64,000 nt of DNA, taken from the sequence record MH791409.1; one strand, 5' to 3'. The notes below the pieces were generated by a model. That model had not been told where the DNA came from. It searched no databases and saw only the letters and a program-made list of their open reading frames with translations. This document shows positions 16,880-25,186 of this stretch, piece by piece. Source of the stretch: Escherichia phage EcWhh-1. Each line of letters begins with the position of its first letter. Within the stretch, counting starts at the first letter, position 1. Made by a program: the position numbers and the translations under genes.

Positions 16880-18319
16880 TTAAAATTTGATAGATGCTGC
16901 TAAATCGTCTAAATCACTTCTATTAACACGCGACTGGCGATTGACCTCTGCTTGGCGGTTCATTTCACCTGTAGCCTCACGAACAGTGTTCACTGGACCT
17001 GGGTTAAAATCGTCTTCAACTTCATACCAACGCTGGTTTCCTTTCTTAACACCAATCTTAAATTTGTTGTAGTAGCTCTTATCACCATAACGAGATTTAA
17101 GCTGCTTAACCATCTGCATACCCATCTGAGCAAACTCTTCTGTCTCGACCACACCTAACATGAAGTCTGCAGTATGTGCAATACCAAAGGATTCAGCGAT
17201 ATCAGCCATATCGATTTCGGCGGCAACGTTCGCACCACGAGTAGTCTGGGCTGCAGTCCACAACAATAATTTCTTCTCTACTGCAAGTCCACGTAGTTCT
17301 TCGGCAACCATCTTAATCAATCCATAACTGTTTTCAGAGAAAACTTTCGTACGGGATGAAGCACAGATAGCCAAGTAGTCGACGATAACGACCTGTGGGA
17401 CAAAGTTTTGTTTGAGCTTGTATTCGTTTAATAATGCACGGAATGTATCGGCATTAGCACCACCAGTAGGGTACTGTTTAATCTTTAAACGACCTAAAGT
17501 AGCAGTTGAACGCCACTTATCCATCTTAGCTTTATATTCAGGCCATGAGACGTGACCATCATCGATATCATCCAGTGATACATCCAGAAGGTTAGCATCG
17601 ATACGCTTAGCACATACTTCCTCTGCCATCTCCATAGAGATATAAAGAACATCATAACCGGATTGAAGGTAATCAGCAGCCAATGAACACAGTCCAAGAG
17701 ACTTACCTACGTTTGTTCCTGCCAACAATACGTTTTCAGTACCAAACTCTGCTCCACCCTTAGTAATCTTGTTCAGAATATTAAGACGGAATGGAACCTT
17801 ACGTGCTTTATCGGAATAACTTTTGAATCGTTCTTCATAGTCATCCATCCAGTCATGACCTAATTCGGAATCGAAACAAATCGATAATGCATCACGCATG
17901 ATATCTGGAATAGCACCAATACCTGGAAGTTTTCTATTTTGTTGCTCAACCGGAAGGTCGGCATTAGTTTGGATTTCAATGATTTTTGAAGTTGCATTAT
18001 ACATCGCTGCTTTCTGAACGTATTTCTCCGTTTCTTTAACCAACCATTCTTGGTCTTCGGGTCCAGCATTCAGTGAGCTTAAAAGCTCTTTAGCTCCTTG
18101 ATGTTCAACTTCTGAAAGCGTACTGTTATCTAATGCAATGCTCAATGCGTTCTTAGAAGGCACTGCATTATATTCATTGACGTGTTTTTTAATTTCTTTG
18201 AAAAGGGTCTTTGCAGGACCCTGGTCAAAATATGAATCATTCATATAAGGCCAGACCTTAGTGAAATAATCACTATTGCCTAGCAGTTGAGCCAAAATAG
18301 TTTCTACCACTTCCACCAC
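16880..18319 (-). CDS. 41: replicative DNA helicase (DnaB-like)
   Basis: 479 aa; near full-length similarity to remembered T4 gp41 (Walker A GTNVGKSLG, ...LYISMEMAEEVCAKRIDANLLDVSLDDIDDGH...); annotated start codon appears to be GTG. Confidence 0.9.
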   Translation of the reverse strand: MVEVVETILAQLLGNSDYFTKVWPYMNDSYFDQGPAKTLFKEIKKHVNEYNAVPSKNALSIALDNSTLSEVEHQGAKELLSSLNAGPEDQEWLVKETEKYVQKAAMYNATSKIIEIQTNADLPVEQQNRKLPGIGAIPDIMRDALSICFDSELGHDWMDDYEERFKSYSDKARKVPFRLNILNKITKGGAEFGTENVLLAGTNVGKSLGLCSLAADYLQSGYDVLYISMEMAEEVCAKRIDANLLDVSLDDIDDGHVSWPEYKAKMDKWRSTATLGRLKIKQYPTGGANADTFRALLNEYKLKQNFVPQVVIVDYLAICASSRTKVFSENSYGLIKMVAEELRGLAVEKKLLLWTAAQTTRGANVAAEIDMADIAESFGIAHTADFMLGVVETEEFAQMGMQMVKQLKSRYGDKSYYNKFKIGVKKGNQRWYEVEDDFNPGPVNTVREATGEMNRQAEVNRQSRVNRSDLDDLAASIKF

Positions 18320-18633
18320 CTCTTAGATTTAATTTTATCCAGTTCTTCTTGTATTTGCATTGTAACACATTTTTCTACATGAAGCGCTAGCTCTTCTTTT
18401 CGGTCTTCGGAAGGTGTTCCGAAATCAACCGACACTTTTCCATCTTTCTCAATAACAATATTCATCACATAAACGATGTGAGCAGTGCCATCGGGTAAAG
18501 TAAGCATAATTTCCTGCTTAACAGAACCCATTGACTTACGGATTATATCTAATGATTTCTCATAATAACGAGGGTCACTAGGACCCTCTTCGGTATCTTT
18601 AACAAAATTATCTAAATCAGATAAATCAGTCAT
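18304..18633 (-). CDS. hypothetical protein at the T4 gene 40 position
   Basis: 109 aa between uvsX and 41, ATGA-coupled to uvsX; positional assignment only. Confidence 0.45.
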   Translation of the reverse strand: MTDLSDLDNFVKDTEEGPSDPRYYEKSLDIIRKSMGSVKQEIMLTLPDGTAHIVYVMNIVIEKDGKVSVDFGTPSEDRKEELALHVEKCVTMQIQEELDKIKSKRWWKW

Positions 18634-19807
18634 GGTCGCTCACAAAATTCATGTTTTCTAAATCGCTTTCGATGTCAGCAGCGCTTTGGGTATTTCCACC
18701 TAATTTAACAGAAACGTTCTTAGAGACACGAGAGTTAATAAGGTCGTTCACTGCATCGTCAACTTCTTTAATAGAATTAATTGCACCGAGCTTATACTTA
18801 TTCTCGATTGCTTCACGGAACGGAGCATGTTTAAACAGTGGTCCCCAGAACTCAACACAATCGGTAGCTTTAGCACGCCATGCTTTTTCTTCTTGAACCA
18901 TTTCACCTGTGGTTTCGTCAAGGAATGCACGATTATACCACCCAGCTTTAGGTTTCACGACAAAGCCGATATCAGTAGCCATTTCAAGCAATCCACTGAA
19001 TGGGTCGATACCGCCTTCAAAGTTAACGGTGATAGGGAACGTTGACTTCTCTTTAACCGTACGAGATTTCTCAGCCTTAAGTGTGAAGTCATAACCAGTG
19101 AGCTCAGTACCATCTTTAACCTGGCGTTTAGAGATAAAGAACACGGTAGAAGCAGAGTACAGAATACCAGTACCACCACCCATAATCTCTTTAGGATACA
19201 TTCCACCAATTTCCATAGCCGTGTGGTTAATTGCTACACAAGGGATATCCTTGATGGTCAGATAAGGTGTTACGATACGGAACAGAGATTTCAGTGACTT
19301 AGCACGAGTCATATCACCTACAACTTTCTCGTTCAAAGCATCTTCGGTTTCTTTCTTAGAAGCAGTGTTACCAATGGAGTCGATAAAGATAATAACCTTT
19401 TCGCCACGAGTAATTTCTTCTAACTGGTTGGTCATATCAACTTTAAGCTGTTCGACTGACTGGATTGGTGTATGAACCACACGTTCCAAATCAACACCCA
19501 TCGAACGGAAATAAGATTCTGAAGCACCGAACTCAGAGTCATAGAACAAGCAAATTGCGTCTGGATATTTCTTCATATATGCCGCAACCATAGTTAATCC
19601 AAACAACGTTTTAAAGTGTTTAGACGGTGCAGCAAAGATTGTCAAACCTGATTGTAAGCCTGCATTCAACGCACCACCCAATGCAATATTAAGCATAGGA
19701 ATACGAGTAGGAACTTCGTCACGACCATTAAACAATTTAGATTTGGTCAGGTCGGCAGTCATTTTAGAAGTAGAAGCTTTAATCAAACGGGATTTTAAAT
19801 CAGACAT
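18626..19807 (-). CDS. uvsX: UvsX recombinase (RecA-like)
   Basis: 393 aa; MSDLKSRLIKASTSK... and RecA-fold motifs nearly identical to remembered T4 UvsX. Confidence 0.92.
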   Translation of the reverse strand: MSDLKSRLIKASTSKMTADLTKSKLFNGRDEVPTRIPMLNIALGGALNAGLQSGLTIFAAPSKHFKTLFGLTMVAAYMKKYPDAICLFYDSEFGASESYFRSMGVDLERVVHTPIQSVEQLKVDMTNQLEEITRGEKVIIFIDSIGNTASKKETEDALNEKVVGDMTRAKSLKSLFRIVTPYLTIKDIPCVAINHTAMEIGGMYPKEIMGGGTGILYSASTVFFISKRQVKDGTELTGYDFTLKAEKSRTVKEKSTFPITVNFEGGIDPFSGLLEMATDIGFVVKPKAGWYNRAFLDETTGEMVQEEKAWRAKATDCVEFWGPLFKHAPFREAIENKYKLGAINSIKEVDDAVNDLINSRVSKNVSVKLGGNTQSAADIESDLENMNFVSDHD

Positions 19808-20009
19808 TATATTTTTCCATAGGCATCATTATATTTTTCTCACGTTTTAAGATAGGGTAATTATATCACTTCACAGCTACAGCATTACTTAATTCCTCGG
19901 TTGATAGCCTTATCGACTATCTTCCGAACTTCTCGTTTCTCGAGCCACACTAATAATAGCAAGCCTCCGAAAGAGAATAATAACAAACCTATAAAAAGCA
20001 ATAGAGGAC

Positions 20010-20903
20010 CTAGCATACTACGTCCTCATAACGTGGCATTTCGTATTCAGAATGAATATTGGCACCGAAATAAATGAATTCAGCCAGACCAGGATGGAAT
20101 ACTAAACCTGGGTTCTCATGATAAATGATATGTGGTCTTGATTTCAGAATTTGATAATATTCAACCTTACTCGGTTTGAATTTAATAATCTCTACATCAG
20201 GACGATAGTCTTCGCGCTTAAATGAATCATTAGGGTCGGTGATATAAAGACGAGCACCTTCAGCGGCAGCTTGGTCTACAACTCTTTCGAATTGATAACA
20301 CTTATCCGAAATACGGAATGGATGGAAAATACCATCAATTTTAATAGGCGCTAGACCTTCAGAGTAACGCTCAATTACTGCAGGATTAATTACCTTTTGG
20401 TCTACAAAAATCTTATCAGAGGATGCACCTCGTGACATCAGGACGTCTTTCTGGCATTGATTCAAGACTGTAGTATAAAGTGAACGTTCAACTGAAGCCA
20501 CATCAATATCAATGAACTCGTCGATATAATAACGAGGAACTTCAGGGTCCATTGTGATATTAAAGTTGAATTGTACAGTATGAGCACCATCATAACCGGT
20601 GATATCGGTCACCAGTCCTGAGCAATCATAGTATTCGATTAGTGAATCGACTACAAACTCATTTTCAGACCAGAAATGTTTACGGGTTTCATAAGCATTT
20701 TCTTTATACCAAAGTGGTACGAAATTCAGTTCTGGGAATAATTCAATGCATTCTTTGATATCGCTCGAATTTCTAGGATAAGCCAGATAATCACCTGGAC
20801 GAGCACGATTTAAATGGAGTTGAAAATTACCGTCCTTAAGGACGGCATATTCACCTGTTTCGTAACTACGCATACTGAAAATAGGAACGATAAACAAACT
20901 CAT
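20010..20903 (-). CDS. unrecognised protein in the beta-glucosyltransferase slot; candidate hmC-modifying transferase
   Basis: 297 aa, no motif I can recognise; last gene of the coupled operon (ATGA overlap with the hydroxymethylase stop); occupies the uvsX-42 interval where T4 has beta-gt. Confidence 0.4.
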   Translation of the reverse strand: MSLFIVPIFSMRSYETGEYAVLKDGNFQLHLNRARPGDYLAYPRNSSDIKECIELFPELNFVPLWYKENAYETRKHFWSENEFVVDSLIEYYDCSGLVTDITGYDGAHTVQFNFNITMDPEVPRYYIDEFIDIDVASVERSLYTTVLNQCQKDVLMSRGASSDKIFVDQKVINPAVIERYSEGLAPIKIDGIFHPFRISDKCYQFERVVDQAAAEGARLYITDPNDSFKREDYRPDVEIIKFKPSKVEYYQILKSRPHIIYHENPGLVFHPGLAEFIYFGANIHSEYEMPRYEDVVC

Positions 20904-21598
20904 TTCAGGAAACCTCGGACGTAGTCAAAATCACGTTCAAACACGTGTGCACTTACCATGGTGTGGGAATATGTACCTAAACCGACACCACACTGTTCAG
21001 CAATAAATGCCATCAGTTTACCCTGCAGATAGAAATCCAGCTGCATAACAACGGCGCAGTTTTGTGAACGCATATGAGTGTGTGCATACAGACGTCCATC
21101 ACGAATATAATATGTTACCGAATCGGTACACGGATATTCTAGGGATTCGTCAGAATCAAGGAGGGCTTGGTCTTGTTCTTGGAGAATTTGGAACACAACT
21201 CGTCTCGAGTTAGGCTTTTCTTTAAGCTCTTTAAGTAGGGCTGGGAGTTGGGCCACAATTCGAGGGCCATAGAAAGTGTTGAAGTTTGCAGGCAATACGT
21301 CACTTTTCGGCTTATCAATGAACTTAGCAACATTAGGGTATTCCTTAAATGCTTCGGCAGCGTCAGTACCACCAGAAATCATAAATTTCCAAAAGGATTC
21401 GGCATATTCATAACTAATACGATTGATACGTGGGTCGGTGAATTTATAGGTGCTTGCATCCAGTACTTCTACCGAAGCAGAACCAATTTCATAACAACGT
21501 CCGATACGAGAATCAACTGCAAACTGTGGAGCTTCCAGGATTTCTTCGTTCATTTGTTTAAATGCATTTTCAAAACTAACAGCGGTAATGTGTTTCAT
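20900..21598 (-). CDS. 42: dCMP hydroxymethylase (thymidylate-synthase fold)
   Basis: 232 aa; PCTDSVTYYIRDGRLY...MRSQN......QLDFY aligns with thymidylate synthase PCHAFFQFYVADGKLS...YQRSCD......LPFNIAS; catalytic Cys conserved and Asp at the TS Asn177-equivalent position, the cytosine-specificity signature. Confidence 0.8.
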   Translation of the reverse strand: MKHITAVSFENAFKQMNEEILEAPQFAVDSRIGRCYEIGSASVEVLDASTYKFTDPRINRISYEYAESFWKFMISGGTDAAEAFKEYPNVAKFIDKPKSDVLPANFNTFYGPRIVAQLPALLKELKEKPNSRRVVFQILQEQDQALLDSDESLEYPCTDSVTYYIRDGRLYAHTHMRSQNCAVVMQLDFYLQGKLMAFIAEQCGVGLGTYSHTMVSAHVFERDFDYVRGFLK

Positions 21599-22131
21599 TT
21601 ATTCACCTTATTTTCAATATATTCGTTCAGACGTTTTAATTCTACCATATCAACATTAAGCAAATTATTATGGCCGTCATGATTTAAGATTTTAAACACG
21701 TTTTCAAAACATGTTTCGTATTGCCGGATAGTTAGGTTGAACTCATCTTTGGTTAATTTAATAAGGTCGTCTTCGAAGTCTTCGTCTAATGGATTGCGAG
21801 TTAAAATAACCTCGATAACGTTAAATTCGGATTTAAACCCTTTCCAATCTTCCAGTTCTACATAAGGGTCCATTTCACCACGAAGGAATCCTGAGTAAAC
21901 AATATTACTTGGATAACCACGGTCAAGGATATAAACGAAATTAGGGTCTAAAAACTTATACAGAGTTTCAACTAAAGCCTTATCGTTATCAGTTCCTAAT
22001 GAAATACACTTGCCATTAATCTTTTTAGGAAAATCAATAAGGCGGTATTTCTTATTGGATAACAGATTTTTAATTAAAGTGGACTTCCCGGAATTATCCG
22101 GGCCGTCTATAACAATGATTTTTGGATTCAT
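21595..22131 (-). CDS. P-loop nucleoside-monophosphate-kinase-like protein
   Basis: 178 aa; IVIDGPDNSGKSTL Walker A resembling thymidylate/dNMP kinases; ATGA-coupled on both sides within the operon. Confidence 0.55.
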   Translation of the reverse strand: MNPKIIVIDGPDNSGKSTLIKNLLSNKKYRLIDFPKKINGKCISLGTDNDKALVETLYKFLDPNFVYILDRGYPSNIVYSGFLRGEMDPYVELEDWKGFKSEFNVIEVILTRNPLDEDFEDDLIKLTKDEFNLTIRQYETCFENVFKILNHDGHNNLLNVDMVELKRLNEYIENKVNK

Positions 22132-22526
22132 GGATGATAGGCCTTATAACTATCAAGAGTTCCTTCACGAACCATTTCTTTAAAGTGGTCAGGACGGATT
22201 GCTCGGTCATCGATGATAAAAGTATAACTCGGCTTATGCGTAAGCAGATTATGATATTTCAATCCAATCTTTTCAAGGTTCTTAACCAATGCAGGAACTA
22301 CTTCAACCAAGATTCGACCTGGGCCACATGAAGTCATGCCACGGGCAGTGAATAATGTAATCTCGTACCCTTCATCATAAAGCTTATTAATCATGGACAC
22401 CATTTCGGTGTCCGGTTTAAAGTTCTCATAATCACGGTCATGGTTCCAAATCGTGATTGTGTTATCGATATCAAAACATAAATGTGGCTTATTTTCTACT
22501 CGATGCGACATTAAATTTTCTTCCAT
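22128..22526 (-). CDS. HAD-superfamily phosphatase-like protein
   Basis: 132 aa; CFDIDNTIT (DxDxT motif I), LFTAR (motif II Thr); start may be the second ATG at 22511, which overlaps the upstream stop as TAATG. Confidence 0.5.
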   Translation of the reverse strand: MEENLMSHRVENKPHLCFDIDNTITIWNHDRDYENFKPDTEMVSMINKLYDEGYEITLFTARGMTSCGPGRILVEVVPALVKNLEKIGLKYHNLLTHKPSYTFIIDDRAIRPDHFKEMVREGTLDSYKAYHP

Positions 22527-24184
22527 TGTTTGTGGAGTTCAGTAGAACCTGTAGGTTTATATTTTACACCAGTTTCCTGGTCAAGCAAAACCCACTTATC
22601 AGGACAACGAGTAATAATTTGAGCCGTGATAGGGTCACGAACTTCATCGACAAATTCACCAGTAATAAGCTTACGCTTATGAGGATGCCGCTTCAGCAGC
22701 ACACTCAGTTGATACAAACCGTTATAATAAGCACCCAGAGCTTTCAGAGGGTTATTCTTAAAGTAACCTGCCAGCGCCATCCAAATAACAGCAATCCAGA
22801 GCTTGTGCTTAAATGTGCACATAGGAATATCGTCTAAAGGCATAACCTTTTCGATATCAACGAATACACGAGTTCCGTTACGAGTTAATCCACCCCATAG
22901 AGGGTCTGAGTTAAATTTGTCATAGCCATCGATAGAATAAAGCACCTTAGCTTCATCATAAATCGCAGGGCCTTTAGAACTATTACCGAAATAACCACGT
23001 GGGTCGATGATTTTAATATCACCTTCGTCCGACAGCATAATATTACTGTAGTGCGGGTCGCCATGAATAAGTTGGTACGGTTCTTTATGTTCAGACAGAA
23101 TTTCTAGTGCATGGCGGAGAAGTTTTTCGGGGTCGCCTACTTTGAAATCGTTAACATAGGTAATGCCCTGTGGAGCAAAGCCTTCAATCAATCCGGCAAT
23201 AGAAGCATTACGAATAAGGACCTTGTCCAACACTTCTTTCTTAACATCGGAATACCATTGCTCATCGGACGGGTTATCGATAGTTCCACCGAATGAACGT
23301 AATGCACTAATGACCTTATAAACCATGAGGACTTTAGTTTCTTTGGACATAAACCGGTAGGCATCTGCCATGGTACGACCAAAGATACGTTCCATTTTAA
23401 TGAATTCGCCTGGAGAAAAGTCTACAATGCTAGGAACGAATTCAGAATCAATAGAATTATACCAATTGATTTCTTTAGATTGAATTTCTTTACCTAATTC
23501 GTTAGTTGGTACTTTAATAGCCAGATTCTCGGTGAACTCTAATTTATTAAATTCACGGTTAATTTCAGAATCTTCATGGGCCTTGGCAAGTTTCAATTTG
23601 TCACCGACATCAACTACAAAATCCAGTTTACGTTCAGTCAAATAGACCATTGAATCCAGGTTATCAGCAAGGTCTTCGCCATAATTAGAACGGTCGAAAC
23701 CTGTCCAATTGGCTACCTGATACAAACCAACTACACCGCCACCGGTACCAATTTCACGTAAGTACGGTTCTTCAAATGTAAAGCGACAGTCAGTTCCATA
23801 GGTATAACAATAGTCGTTACCCCATTCAACTTTATGACCGATAGGAATGATGTCACACCAGTTAAACAGGACATTATGGCCAATGATATCTTCGGCAATG
23901 CAATCGATAGCATGAGCTGAACCATTAGCAACATCAACGTTACGAATAGTGAATTTAGGCTTATCACCAGTAATCATGTTAATGGATTTAATATAGCCTT
24001 TAACGAGGTCGTTAAATTTGCTGTGAATAACCAGAATAATTTCATCTGATTGGTTACTATACAAATCATACAAATGTTTTAATACCGTATGTTGTTTGTA
24101 GTTAACCAATACCTTTGGGATTTCGTTAGTAATTGGATACAACCGTGAGCCAAGACCTGCGCCTAAAATAACAACCTTTTTCAT
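22511..24184 (-). CDS. bifunctional sugar-1-phosphate nucleotidyltransferase (N-terminal) / APH-ChoK-type sugar kinase (C-terminal)
   Basis: start moved to MKKVVILGAGLGSRLYPIT... (GxGxR nucleotidyltransferase signature); C-terminal HGDPHYSNIML...IKIIDPRGYFG (Brenner HGDxxxxN plus DxxG kinase motifs); ATG with GAGGAA Shine-Dalgarno. Confidence 0.6.
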   Translation of the reverse strand: MKKVVILGAGLGSRLYPITNEIPKVLVNYKQHTVLKHLYDLYSNQSDEIILVIHSKFNDLVKGYIKSINMITGDKPKFTIRNVDVANGSAHAIDCIAEDIIGHNVLFNWCDIIPIGHKVEWGNDYCYTYGTDCRFTFEEPYLREIGTGGGVVGLYQVANWTGFDRSNYGEDLADNLDSMVYLTERKLDFVVDVGDKLKLAKAHEDSEINREFNKLEFTENLAIKVPTNELGKEIQSKEINWYNSIDSEFVPSIVDFSPGEFIKMERIFGRTMADAYRFMSKETKVLMVYKVISALRSFGGTIDNPSDEQWYSDVKKEVLDKVLIRNASIAGLIEGFAPQGITYVNDFKVGDPEKLLRHALEILSEHKEPYQLIHGDPHYSNIMLSDEGDIKIIDPRGYFGNSSKGPAIYDEAKVLYSIDGYDKFNSDPLWGGLTRNGTRVFVDIEKVMPLDDIPMCTFKHKLWIAVIWMALAGYFKNNPLKALGAYYNGLYQLSVLLKRHPHKRKLITGEFVDEVRDPITAQIITRCPDKWVLLDQETGVKYKPTGSTELHKQWKKI

Positions 24185-24244
24185 TATCTGTTCCTCAAGT
24201 GAATGTAGGTACATTATACACTATTTTTAATAAATTTCTATTGC

Positions 24245-24745
24245 TTAAATCTTATCTTTACCGTATTCCATGCACTGTTCTACTGCAGCAGGCACTTTGG
24301 TCTTAAGCTTGTTGATTTGTTTCTTATAATCACGAGCCTTATCGAAGCTCTCGGTTTCGAGCATTTCGTAATAACGAGCCTCGTGGACAGAAATCTGTAG
24401 ATTGATATGGTTTACACACATGGCATACAGTTTCTGCTTTTTGTACAAATCATCTTGGCGCTTCATTTCTGCCTGGTGTTTGGCTAGTACCGCTTCACGC
24501 TTAGACTCTTGTTCACGTTGGAATTCGATTTCCCTTTGAGCATATTTTGCACAGTTATTACCACATTGATTATTAGCTCGGGTGTACACAAGTCCAGAAC
24601 CGGCACGGAATTTCATTTCGCCGTCGAATTGTTTCTGTTCAGCTGCGATACGAGCTTTACCAACTTCATCAGCAGAAACTGCATCACCGTATTGGACTGC
24701 GCAACCTGATAGGAGCATACTCATTGCGATAATTAACTTTTTCAT
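24245..24745 (-). CDS. lipoprotein with coiled-coil region
   Basis: MKKLIIAMSMLLSGCAVQ (lipobox LSGC); K/E/Q-rich heptads. Confidence 0.5.
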   Translation of the reverse strand: MKKLIIAMSMLLSGCAVQYGDAVSADEVGKARIAAEQKQFDGEMKFRAGSGLVYTRANNQCGNNCAKYAQREIEFQREQESKREAVLAKHQAEMKRQDDLYKKQKLYAMCVNHINLQISVHEARYYEMLETESFDKARDYKKQINKLKTKVPAAVEQCMEYGKDKI

Positions 24746-24886
24746 AATATCCTCAATTAAAACAGTTATACTTAATTTGTGCTATAAGAATAATCCATCC
24801 CATGATTAATGTTGGAATCATTGGAGGAATTGCCACTGCCCAATAAACGGTAAAGGCAGCCATTATAAGAAATAAAATAATTATCT

Positions 24887-25123
24887 TCATTGTTTAACGA
24901 TAATGATTTGTGCGTTTGATTTATGTTCAGCGACTATAGCCCAGATTAAAGCCACTACCCAACCAATCATCGTCCACCCTAACAGGAGATTAAGGAAGAA
25001 GATTCCGACATTGCTACGAGTGCCTCGCAGAAGGGCCAGAATCCATGGTAAAAAGTAACCAATGAACATAATAACCAGAGAACCGAATCCTAAAACACCA
25101 GCACTAACGATTAAAGCTTCCAT
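24887..25123 (-). CDS. imm: superinfection immunity protein Imm-like membrane protein
   Basis: start moved to MEALIVSAGVLG (ATG with GAGGAA Shine-Dalgarno); two TM helices with FLPWILALL...GWTMIGWVVALIWA; sits between 42 and 43 as in T4. Confidence 0.5.
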   Translation of the reverse strand: MEALIVSAGVLGFGSLVIMFIGYFLPWILALLRGTRSNVGIFFLNLLLGWTMIGWVVALIWAIVAEHKSNAQIIIVKQ

Positions 25124-25154
25124 TGTAATTTCCTCTAAGTAGTTGATAGGAAGG

Positions 25155-25184
25155 ATACTACCACGTTCCTTGTGGTATGTAAAC
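25155..25184 (-). promoter_or_regulatory. early-type promoter (GTTTAC, 18 nt, TAGTAT)
   Basis: minus strand GTTTACATACCACAAGGAACGTGGTAGTATCCTTCCTATCAAC. Confidence 0.4.
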
Positions 25185-25186
25185 AC

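Noticed and set aside
20900-21598. Possibility that the thymidylate-synthase-fold enzyme is a dUMP hydroxymethylase, implying a thymidine hypermodification pathway
   Set aside because: Residue-by-residue alignment of PCTDSVTYYIRDG...MRSQN...QLDFY with thymidylate synthase PCHAFFQFYVADG...YQRSCD...LPFNIAS places an Asp, not Asn, at the TS Asn177-equivalent position. That is the cytosine-specificity signature, so dCMP hydroxymethylase is the better call.
22128-22526. Choice between the two in-frame ATGs (22526 and 22511) as the HAD phosphatase start
   Set aside because: Neither has a clearly superior Shine-Dalgarno. The second overlaps the upstream stop as TAATG, which suggests coupling, but the longer form was kept as annotated because the evidence does not discriminate.
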